Assembly (NCBI GenBank): GCA_017417585.1
Contig: JAFPYX010000036.1
Location: 10,948-74,947, forward strand
DNA length: 64,000 bases
From: Victivallales bacterium
Lineage (GTDB): Bacteria; Verrucomicrobiota; Lentisphaeria; Oligosphaerales; Oligosphaeraceae
Direction of reading: 5' to 3'
Position numbers and translations under genes: made by a program. Every line of letters begins with the position of its first letter. The first letter of the stretch is position 1. Of the stretch, positions 8,498-17,300 are shown in pieces. The notes under the pieces were generated by a model. That model did no database searches and had not been told where the DNA came from. It saw only the letters and a list, made by a program, of their open reading frames with translations.

Positions 8498-10003
8498 ATG
8501 CTTCCCTTTGACAACGAAAAGTATCTCGCGGCCCAGACCGAGCAGATTCTCAAACGCGTGAATGCCGGCCAGGGTCGGCTTTTTCTGGAATTCGGCGGCA
8601 AGCTCATCGGTGACTTCCATGCCGCGCGAATCCTTCCGGGCTTCGACCCGGATGTCAAGTTGCATCTACTGGAAAAGCTTGCCTCTCAGGCGGATATCCT
8701 CATCTGCATCAACGCCGACGACATCGAGCACCAGCGTGTGCGCGCGGATTTCGGCATCACCTACGACAACGCGTCGCTGAAGTTGATCGACGACCTTCGT
8801 GCCCACGGCATCGACGTGACCGCCGTAATTGTGAACCGTTTCCATGGTCAGGCCTCGGTGAAAGCGTACCAGGACCGCCTCGCCCGCCATGGCATCAAGG
8901 TATATCTCTGGAGCGACATCGCAGGGTATCCGAATAACATCGAGCATGTGGTCAGCCCAGAAGGCTTTGGTGCCCAAGAATATGTTCCCGTTACCAAGCC
9001 GCTGGTGGTGGTGACCGCGCCAGGGCCGAACTCCGGCAAGATGAACGTCTGCCTCACCGAGATGTACCACGAGGCGAAGCGCAACGGAGCCGCCCGATAT
9101 GCGAAATTCGAGACCTTCCCCGTCTGGAACCTCCCCCTGAGCCACCCCGTCAACATCGCCTACGAGTCTGCCACGGCCGACTTGATGGACAACAATGCGA
9201 TGGACAACTTCCACTACGACGCCTACGGCATCGCGGCGGTCAACTACAACCGCGACTTGCAGGCCTTCCCGCTTCTGCGGACGCTGATCACCAAGATCAC
9301 CGGCTCCACCGAAGGCTACCAGTCCCCCACCGACATGGGAGTGAACTGCGTGGCGCAGGGCATCGTGGACGACGAGAAGGTCCGCGAGGCCGCCAACCAG
9401 GAGATCATCCGGCGCTACTTCCAATACAACGCGGACTTCCACCTGGGACGCGCCACCGAGCAGACGGTCCAACGCGCCGAGGACCTCATCCACAAGGCCG
9501 GGCTGGAGACCACGGACCGAAAGGTGGTGGCCGCCGCCCGTGAGGCCGCCCAACGCTGCGAGGAGGCACACGGCGGAGACCACGGCGTGTGCTGCGGTGC
9601 CGCCATCCAACTGCCCGACGGTTCCATCGTGACCGGAAAGAACTCCAGCCTGATGCACTCTACTGCCGCGATGATTCTCAATGCGGCGAAGAAACTGGCC
9701 GGCATTCCGGATGATCGGCACTTGTTGCCCGAGGACATCATGAACTCCGTCGCCGTTTTCAAAAACGACTTGGGGACCAACGAGCGCGTGAGCCTGAACC
9801 TCTCCGAGGCGCTCATTGTCCTCATCGTCTCCGCCGCACGCGACTCCGCCGCCAAATGGGCGCTCGACGCTTTGCCACGACTGAAGCGCTGCGACGTACA
9901 CCTCTCTCATCTCCCCGGCTCCGGCGATGCCGCCGGACTTCGCCGTCTCGGAATCTCCTTCACCTACGACCCGCTTCAGCCAACCAAGAAGCTCTTCCCG
10001 TAA
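8498..10003 (+). CDS. DUF1846 / UPF0371 family protein
   Basis: ORF 8369..10003. The conserved family N-terminus starts at the ATG at 8498 (MLPFDNEKYLAAQTEQILKRV...LFLEFGGKLIGDFHAARILPGFDPD). The upstream part of the ORF is only the translated tandem repeat. Confidence 0.85.
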   Translation: MLPFDNEKYLAAQTEQILKRVNAGQGRLFLEFGGKLIGDFHAARILPGFDPDVKLHLLEKLASQADILICINADDIEHQRVRADFGITYDNASLKLIDDLRAHGIDVTAVIVNRFHGQASVKAYQDRLARHGIKVYLWSDIAGYPNNIEHVVSPEGFGAQEYVPVTKPLVVVTAPGPNSGKMNVCLTEMYHEAKRNGAARYAKFETFPVWNLPLSHPVNIAYESATADLMDNNAMDNFHYDAYGIAAVNYNRDLQAFPLLRTLITKITGSTEGYQSPTDMGVNCVAQGIVDDEKVREAANQEIIRRYFQYNADFHLGRATEQTVQRAEDLIHKAGLETTDRKVVAAAREAAQRCEEAHGGDHGVCCGAAIQLPDGSIVTGKNSSLMHSTAAMILNAAKKLAGIPDDRHLLPEDIMNSVAVFKNDLGTNERVSLNLSEALIVLIVSAARDSAAKWALDALPRLKRCDVHLSHLPGSGDAAGLRRLGISFTYDPLQPTKKLFP

Positions 10004-10057
10004 GGATTGCTCTTCCACACCGCCAGGTTTGCTCGTCTGCAGACACCGGGCTTTATT

Positions 10058-10858
10058 TCACATTCGATAGATTTCCCCAGGTTTGGCGACTTGCGTTGCT
10101 AGCCGAGGATATTTAACGTGCATATATTCTGTGAAAAGCCACGGATCCGCCTGGTTGTTGGCGAACATATCGTAGTGCGCAGGAACGGTCAGTCGTGGCT
10201 TCAGCAGTCCCGCCAAGTCGGCGGCCTCCTGATAGGTCATGCAACCGATGCAGTCGTGAGTAAGCCGCCAGGCGTCCCGACCATTGATGGGCAGTAGTGC
10301 CAAGTCCAACTTCCATTGGCTGAGAATTATCACTTGTTCTTCGTAGCGGCAGCAGTCACCGCTGTGATAGACGGTCAGGCCATTGCCCTCAAAAATATAT
10401 CCTAAGTATGGATATAGACTGGTCTTGGAATCATAGTCCAGCAATTCGTGAGCAGCGGGAACGGCGGTAATCTTAACCTCGCCGATGGTCACGCTCTGTC
10501 CCGCATTGAGTCCTACCAGCCGACGTGCAGAGGCGCCGTTCAGCGGCGGGGAACTCTCCAGAACCGCCTGTGGCAAAACGAATTTTGCTCTGGGCGATGC
10601 CTTCGCCAGAATGGGCCATACAGGGCGGTCGATATGGTCGCCGTGGTCATGTGTCCCGCAGACCACATCCGCATTCGTGATTTCCTCCGCCGAAACCGGC
10701 GAGGAATACAGCCGAGCAGGATGCACCGACAAAAATGGATCGACGTAGATGACCGTGGCACCCAGTTTCAGAATGAAGCTATGCTGGCACAGACGGCAGA
10801 AGGCGCCTTCGCCTTGCTTCAGGCGCAAATTGGAAAAATCTTTAACGATTTTATTCAT
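10058..10858 (-). CDS. MBL-fold metallo-hydrolase (UlaG-like)
   Basis: THDHGDH metal-binding motif, HSGD, and a beta-lactamase-fold strand pattern. 266 aa. Confidence 0.75.
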   Translation of the reverse strand: MNKIVKDFSNLRLKQGEGAFCRLCQHSFILKLGATVIYVDPFLSVHPARLYSSPVSAEEITNADVVCGTHDHGDHIDRPVWPILAKASPRAKFVLPQAVLESSPPLNGASARRLVGLNAGQSVTIGEVKITAVPAAHELLDYDSKTSLYPYLGYIFEGNGLTVYHSGDCCRYEEQVIILSQWKLDLALLPINGRDAWRLTHDCIGCMTYQEAADLAGLLKPRLTVPAHYDMFANNQADPWLFTEYMHVKYPRLATQVAKPGEIYRM

Positions 10859-10883
10859 CGAATATTAAGTGGATTTCCCAGAC

Positions 10884-11645
10884 TTACTGCATGAGCTTGC
10901 CGGCGTCCACGACCAGATTCTGTCCGGTGATGGCGCGTGCGGCATGGGAGAGCAAGAACATTGCCGGACCGACGATGTCCTCGGCTTGCAGCAAAAAAGG
11001 CAATGCCTGGTCGCGCAAGAGATCCTTCTTGTCCTGTTCGCTCACATAGAGATCGAGCTGCTTCTGCGTCATCACCCAGCCAGGCGAGAGCATGTTTACG
11101 CGGATGCCCTCCGGACCGAGTTCGCGCGCCAGCGCACGGGTGAAGCCGAGCAGACCGGACTTTGCGGCGCTATAAAGCGTGAAAGGCGCCAGGCCGAGCA
11201 TCCAGTTCGTCGTGCCGAAATTCAGGATTGCCCTGCCCTTTCCAGCCCGAAGACCATCCAGCGCCGCATGGCAGACGCGGAATGCAGTCTTGAGGTCGGT
11301 CGCCACAAACTGGTCGAAGAGTTCCGGCGTGGCATTTTCGAAAGGCACGCGGTTGTCCGTCGCCACGCCATTAATCACGTAGTCAATCGTGCCATTGCAG
11401 GTCATTGCCTCGGCAATCAGCGCCTCAGCCGCGCCGTCCTCGGTGATGTCACAGCGGAAGTAGTGCCCACGTTCGCCGCAACCGGAGAGCGTCTCGTCCG
11501 CCGTAGGACGTCGCCCGCAGAAAAAGACCTCGCAGCCCGCCTGCGCCAAGTGGATCGCCAACGTCTGGCCAATCCCGCTGGAGCCGCCGGTCAGCACCGC
11601 GACCTTGCCTTGAAACTCGGAAGCACCATTCATTTTAACAACCAC
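10884..11645 (-). CDS. SDR family oxidoreductase
   Basis: VAVLTGGSSGIG (TGxxxGIG), NGVA, YSAAKSG (YxxxK). 253 aa. Confidence 0.85.
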   Translation of the reverse strand: MVVKMNGASEFQGKVAVLTGGSSGIGQTLAIHLAQAGCEVFFCGRRPTADETLSGCGERGHYFRCDITEDGAAEALIAEAMTCNGTIDYVINGVATDNRVPFENATPELFDQFVATDLKTAFRVCHAALDGLRAGKGRAILNFGTTNWMLGLAPFTLYSAAKSGLLGFTRALARELGPEGIRVNMLSPGWVMTQKQLDLYVSEQDKKDLLRDQALPFLLQAEDIVGPAMFLLSHAARAITGQNLVVDAGKLMQ

Positions 11646-11671
11646 CCAAATTGCTAATTGCTAATTGCTAA

Positions 11672-12718
11672 TTACGGTTCCGTCACATGGATCATCACCT
11701 TCTTGTGGTTACGCTCGCCCATCGCCTTCACCGCCTCGTGGATGTCCTTCAATGCAAAACGATGGCTGACAATCTTCGCGGGATCCACCAGATTCCGTTC
11801 CATCAGGCGGATCGCCTGCTGCATCGCCAATGGCGTGGTGCCAAACGAGGCGTCCATGCGCCCCTCCAGGAAGTGCGTCTGCCCGCCGTCCAGCTCAAAT
11901 TTCTCGTGCGTGGTAATGCCGAAGACATTCCAGCGCGTGCCGCGGCGGCGCAGATCCACCATCGTCTTCACGGCGGCGATGGGACCAGCCGCCTCAATGA
12001 CGAGATCGGGTCCGGCGGGCATCTCGCGATAGACCTGCTCCTTCACATCCGGTGCCAGTGCGTCAATCACCTTGGTCGCCCCGCCGATCTTCAAGGCGTT
12101 TTGGCGTGCGTACTCTGAGGCGTCGATCGCCACGAGATGACCTGCGCCCGCCGCCTTGGCGACCATCATGCACAATAGCCCGATTCCGCCGGTGCCGATC
12201 ACCACCACGTCCTCGCCAACTCGGATTTCGCTCTTCTGGACCACGCCCTTCCAGGCGCCGGAGAGCGGCTCGGTGAGTGCCGCCGCCTCAAAGGAGAGGT
12301 TCGCGGGCTTGTGGAAAAGGCACTCCTGACCAGTGACCATATACTCCGCGAAAGCCCCCGGCCGCACGTCGTCCGGCCCGTCACCGCCAGTAGTGTAGGC
12401 GTATTTGCAATAGTGCGTGAGTCCCGCACGGCAGTATTCGCACTGTCCGCAGTAGCCGGAGGGCTGGCAGATTACCGCATCGCCCACCTGAAAATCGCCT
12501 ACCACGCCAGGCCCCAACTTGTCAATCACCCCGGAGGGTTCGTGGCCAGGGATCAACGGGAAGGTCACATTGCGGCGAAGACCGACAATCGCCTTATAGT
12601 CCGTCTGACAGAAACCGCAATCGACGATGCGCACGCGCACCTGCCCTGGTCCCGGCTCCGGCGTCGGAACCTCCTCCAGGCGGAAGTCATTGAAATCGTG
12701 GAGAACTGCTGCAAGCAT
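11672..12718 (-). CDS. Zinc-dependent alcohol/polyol dehydrogenase (MDR family, sorbitol/threonine dehydrogenase-like)
   Basis: ORF 11672..12757. The likely start is the ATG at 12718 (MLAAVLHDF...). Motifs: GHEPSG, the structural-zinc Cys cluster CGQCEYCRAG, and VIGTGGIGLL. Confidence 0.85.
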   Translation of the reverse strand: MLAAVLHDFNDFRLEEVPTPEPGPGQVRVRIVDCGFCQTDYKAIVGLRRNVTFPLIPGHEPSGVIDKLGPGVVGDFQVGDAVICQPSGYCGQCEYCRAGLTHYCKYAYTTGGDGPDDVRPGAFAEYMVTGQECLFHKPANLSFEAAALTEPLSGAWKGVVQKSEIRVGEDVVVIGTGGIGLLCMMVAKAAGAGHLVAIDASEYARQNALKIGGATKVIDALAPDVKEQVYREMPAGPDLVIEAAGPIAAVKTMVDLRRRGTRWNVFGITTHEKFELDGGQTHFLEGRMDASFGTTPLAMQQAIRLMERNLVDPAKIVSHRFALKDIHEAVKAMGERNHKKVMIHVTEP

Positions 12719-13155
12719 AGTAAGGAATGAAAACTGAGATTTTTTAACCCGCCGCAAGGATAACAGCCACGGCGATATTCCTTACTATAACTTGCCCCAG
12801 ACAACCCGGCGGAATCAGAGAGCAATTTGGACGATTCTTCAGAAAACGAATATATAGGTACAGACTGCGCTTTTTTTCGTGTCTTTCGTGTGTTTCGTTG
12901 AAAAATCTCCATTGCCCATGAATGTTGCTGGAAAATCATGACGGCAAGTTAACGGTATCATTCCCAAAGTATTCACCTAACTCATGGATATAGTTCCTTT
13001 TTTTCGTGCAACGGCTTGTAAATATCGAAATTGATGGCATATTAAGAATGTCTTCAAAACTGACGGCAGCAATGCCTATGCGACATGCGTACATGGTGCA
13101 TGACGCAAACATCACTGGTCAGTTGAGACAAGTGACGCTTGGTAGCGTCGGGCAC

Positions 13156-13193
13156 GCAGGCATCCGGTCCCACCCGGATGCCTGCCTTTTTTT
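13156..13193 (+). terminator. Strong rho-independent terminator on the plus strand inside the AT-rich island
   Basis: 12-bp stem gcaggcatccgg / ccggatgcctgc with a 6-nt loop, followed by cttttttt. The T-tract overlaps the stop codon of the minus-strand mini-ORF. Confidence 0.6.
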
Positions 13194-13254
13194 ATCGGCG
13201 GATTTCAATCCGGATGATGATGACAATCGCAATGACTGCAATCCAAATGCTCAT
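13192..13254 (-). CDS. 20-codon hydrophobic mini-ORF (MSIWIAVIAIVIIIRIEIRR). Candidate type I toxin-like or small membrane peptide.
   Basis: ATG at 13254 with GGAGG 9 nt upstream (gagaggaggtgaaagccgATG). One hydrophobic helix plus a charged tail. Below the ORF-track threshold. Coding status is unproven. Confidence 0.4.
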   Translation of the reverse strand: MSIWIAVIAIVIIIRIEIRR

Positions 13255-13334
13255 CGGCTTTCACCTCCTCTCCCGCCCTTCGCGGGACCTGGGCTACAAC
13301 CAATGACGCGGTCGGCATTTGCTGCCGTCAGCAC

Positions 13335-13366
13335 TTATAATATACTGCCTGACACGACTATTTCAA
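13335..13366 (-). promoter_or_regulatory. Sigma70-like promoter candidate for the mini-ORF transcript
   Basis: The minus strand reads TTGAAA, then 16-18 nt, then TATATT/TATTAT (fwd tttcaa 13361-13366 and ttataatata 13335-13344). The predicted start falls at the 5' arm of the inverted repeat. Confidence 0.35.
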
Positions 13367-13640
13367 ATCAAAATTATCTAAATTATATTTGTATATAAAA
13401 TCAAATACTTTATTGATATTTTATGAGATTTTTTGGCAGATTTATATAAGAATATATGCAAAAGAGGCACGATTCGGCAGCGGCCGGTGTGCCAATCGCG
13501 TCAGCCAACAGTCCCTGTGTCCTCACGTCAAACTCCCCCAAAAGGATTGCCGCCGCGCTCGCTTCCGTGAAAACATGCAAGTTTCTCGACCGAACGCAAC
13601 GGCAGTCCAAGATTCAGGTTGCTACAGCAACGATTTGGAA

Positions 13641-13844
13641 TCAGGGCAGATTCACCCAGCGGCGGTAGCTCTTGCAGCTGCCGCCATGACCCACACCCAT
13701 GTTGCTGCCTTTTCCGGCATTGCAGGGTTTGTACTCGTTCAGGGGAACTTCCACGATGCGGCCGCCCTGGATGATCTTCCGCTCGCCTGTCCAGAACTGG
13801 CAGGTTGCACAACTTTGACGATTGCTTGGGATGTTTGAAGCCAT
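13641..13844 (-). CDS. Hypothetical 67-aa four-cysteine protein
   Basis: Internal ATG of ORF 13641..13988, preceded by AAGGAG (aaccaaggagcaaccATG). Product: MASNIPSNRQSCATCQFWTGERKIIQGGRIVEVPLNEYKPCNAGKGSNMGVGHGGSCKSYRRWVNLP (CxxC...C...C). A candidate hairpin plus T-run lies about 150 nt downstream (13464-13493). Confidence 0.5.
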   Translation of the reverse strand: MASNIPSNRQSCATCQFWTGERKIIQGGRIVEVPLNEYKPCNAGKGSNMGVGHGGSCKSYRRWVNLP

Positions 13845-14320
13845 GGTTGCTCCTTGGTTATGGTGTAGTTTCGATTGCGTCCCACTTCGGGACAGCGGCT
13901 TTTGGCCTGCCATTTCTACAATAGCAAATTGCATACCACCGCAATCCCTGGAGGGAAACCGAGTGAAAATCCAATGGCCACTGTTCAATACTTTACCCCT
14001 GCGTCACTTTTTTTACCACTCCAGGTACGGTTTCCCACAAACAATAGGCTTTCAATAATCTGTGTTCCCCAAGATGTGCACCTAGTCTTAAGGCTGTGGG
14101 GAACACAGGTTTAAGCTTTAGGCTATAGCCATATTCCCCGTGATGGCACTTAACTACGCTGTTTTTTCAAGCTGCAGGGGGACGGGGGCGGCAGCGCCCG
14201 TAGAATTTGTAGAAGTGCAATCAGGTACCTTCTTGTGTAACAAAGCGTACCACAATCCGTAAAACCAGGCATGGCGGGACGGCAGATGGAATTTTAAGTA
14301 ATTAATTTATAATAAGCAAA

Positions 14321-17300
14321 TTATTGCAATAGAAACAACCGTGTGGAACGAGGTGCGAACTCTACCGTGAAAGCACCTTCCGCATCCGTCGTGAAGACCT
14401 CGCCGGAGAGTGCGTCTCGCACTTGGCCGGGGGACTTCAGGAAGATGGTCTTGGGACCGCCTTCGCGGACGCAGATGCCCAGGAGCCCACGTGTCGCCCA
14501 GACTTGGTCGTCGCTTTCGATATAGCGATGGACGCCCGCCTTCTTCATCGCGGAGAGCAGAAGTTCACGCGGCGGCATCGTCACTGCGCAGTAGAGCGCG
14601 GTCCAGGCAGGATGCTCCTGGACAGCGATGGCGCCGCCGGAGTTGGGGAAATGCGCCAACACCAGCGTCTTAGCATCGGGTTCCACGAATGGGCACGGCC
14701 GATATGGCGCATGATTCGGGCGATCCGCCGCAAAGACCGCCCCCTGCATTTCGAGCGGCAGCCATCTTCCATCCGGGAAGTCCACTGTCGCCTGGGAGGG
14801 AACCTCGTCGACGACCACCCCGAGCGGGAATCCCGTGAACTCCCGCATCGCCTCGACGGGCGTCTGACCTTCACGCCACGGGAAGACGCCGGGGGCATGC
14901 AGGAAGAGGATGACCCGGCCATCGGCCTCAAGTTTTCGCAACGCCTGAAGCTGTGCTTCGTCTGGCGCTATCGAGGTGCCCAGGACCACCAGCCGGATGC
15001 GTTCCGGAAGGCGCTCCAGGTCGGAGGCGAGATAATACTCCACCGTGGTTCCCAAGCGCTCCAGCAATGTGACATTTCGGGTGACGCCTTCAAAGGCCAG
15101 CCGCGAGCCCACGCGGAAATACGGCATGCTCCCCTCGTCCACGACGTATGCGATTTGCGCCTCGGGCGTGCGGTCGCACTTTCGCACCGCCTCGTCCATC
15201 GCCCGTGCCAATTTTCCGACATGCTTCATCAACACAGGGTTGGAGTAGTTCACATAGCCGACATCGAACCACCATTGCGCCAATCCGGAGCAGAGAGTGT
15301 GGATGGCGACCTTGTCTTGCTGGAGCAGGTCGCCCTCGAGGTCGGCAGGCTTTCCGCAGTATCCGACTGGTCCGTCGGTCTCGCTGGTGCGCACATCCAT
15401 CTCCACAATCCAGAACTTGTTGTGGAGGGCAAGGCTGGCGGCGGGTCCCATGTTCATCGGCACGCCGTCGCCGCCGACCTCTCGATAGGCGTAGCTCAAC
15501 GGGCTGGCGAAGAAGTCGATTTCCGGATTCTCCAGCAGCCTGCCGACCGCCGTGTGGCCGGAGTTGAGCAGGCGGTGGCCGAAGGCAAGTTCAAAGAGGT
15601 ATCCGTAGAAGGGGCCGACCAGCATCCGCCCGCCTGTCGCCTCCTTGACCACATGCGCGAAGTAAGCAATCGTCTCGGCAGTGCGTTCGGCATTCCATCG
15701 ATAGTAGTCCACGCTTTTAACCTCTGCGCCAACCGAGAGGTCTCGCAGGTCTGGAGAGTTTGGCAGCACCGCCGCCCGCTCGGCACGCGTGGGCATTTCG
15801 GCGGTGTCAAAAGTCGCCTCCGGTTCCTTCCAAGCAGACTGGAGTGCCGCTTCGTCAGCGTAGTTCTGCCGCAGCCACTGTCGGAAGTGCGTCTGGGCTG
15901 CGGGCGAGTAGTCGCCCCAGAGGTTTTCGTTGTCACCCCATGCCATCCACTCCTCGGTGGTTCCGGAGGCCAGGAGGATGCCGACAATGCGATCCGCATA
16001 CGCGGAATTGCGGATATGCTCCAGCATTTTGCGAAGCCCGTTCGCGGTGTATTCCCGCCAAGCAGGGCTGGACCAGCTGGGAACGGGGCGACCGCCGACA
16101 TAGCGCATTGGGTGCCGAGAGCCATCCTCTTCCTCAATCCATACGCAATCAGCGGGATGCGCCTCGCACCACCAGATTGGTGCGCCCAGGAAGACGCGTG
16201 GAATCAGCCATGCGTCCGGGGCCTCGGAGAGGATTGTCTGGGCATAGTCGTCCAACAGGCTGAAATCATATTCTCCGGGCGCGGGTTCGCTCAGCGTTCC
16301 GCTATGATAGGCATGAAGATTGGGCGTGGCAGTGAAGGCGAAGATCTTGACACCCTCCTGGGCGAAGGCACGCCAGCCCAAGGGACCCATTGCATAGGTT
16401 GCTCGCATCACGCCAGGGAGGATCTCGCCGTTGCAGCGGATGGTCGGAGCGCCTTTCCAGTTCACCACTTCGCACTGCGAAAACTCCTGCGGCACACGCC
16501 CTTTCACCATGACTTCCATGCTGCCCTGCCGCATCACCGCCTCGCCGCAATGAAGGCTCACAACATATTCCCCGGAAAGAAGATACTTGCTTACAGGCAA
16601 TTCCTGTTCTGGAATCAACAATCGCATTCCCGTGCGTTCCACGTTCGCCAACGTTAGACGTACTGGCGCCTGTCGGCCCGGCTCGCCCTGGAACGTCAGC
16701 TCCAGCCACACCCGGTCGTCAATCGGCATCCGATGGCGGAACTCCACACGCATCGGCCCGAAACTCAACCGCTCACCTGCGACAATCTCCGAAGGCAGCG
16801 CAAAGGCGTTCTCGCATTTTCCCTGCGGCACCAGGTCGTCCACCAGCTCAATGCTGCGGATCTGCAGATGCACCGGCTGGCCCGCTTTGACATTCAGCAA
16901 ATACAGCGCGAGCGAATCCAGCGGATATTGTCCAGAACCACCCCTCCCTTCCGGCGCGTAATTGAAAAACACTTCATGCCAGGCGCCATCCGAAGGAACC
17001 ACCGGCCGTTCGGACGAATCCCAACCTTTCCATACGCGAAAGCCCGGCCCTCCTTCCACACCGCTCCAAGCCGCCGCAAACAACTTCAAAGGTGCGTCAC
17101 CCAAGTTGCGCACCGTAAACACCACACGCTCCGCCGGAGGCATCGCAGGACGGCCATACACCAGTGCGCATTCCGTCTCAGGACCACCCGCGCGAAGCTG
17201 GAACTGGAAATCCAGTGCACCGGCCTTTGGGTCATATGAGAACTGACCGTATTCCAAAATCTTAGAACGATTCTGCACATCAAAGCAGTCCGACCAATGG

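Larger units (their letters stand above)
13060..13331. repeat. Long-range inverted repeat (17/18 nt arms) bracketing the mini-ORF
   Basis: ctgacggcagcaatgcc at 13060-13076 versus ggcatttgctgccgtcag at 13314-13331. The arms are reverse complements apart from one extra base. Confidence 0.7.

Noticed and set aside
12565-12939. 124-aa minus-strand ORF overlapping the start of the Zn-dehydrogenase gene and extending into the island
   Set aside because: It is out of frame with the dehydrogenase over the overlap. It has no RBS or motif, and its upstream part is low-complexity AT-rich sequence.
13006-13398. 130-aa plus-strand ORF spanning the AT-rich island
   Set aside because: It reads straight through a strong terminator hairpin and the antisense of the mini-ORF. 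It has no RBS and no recognisable motif, and its composition is non-coding-like.
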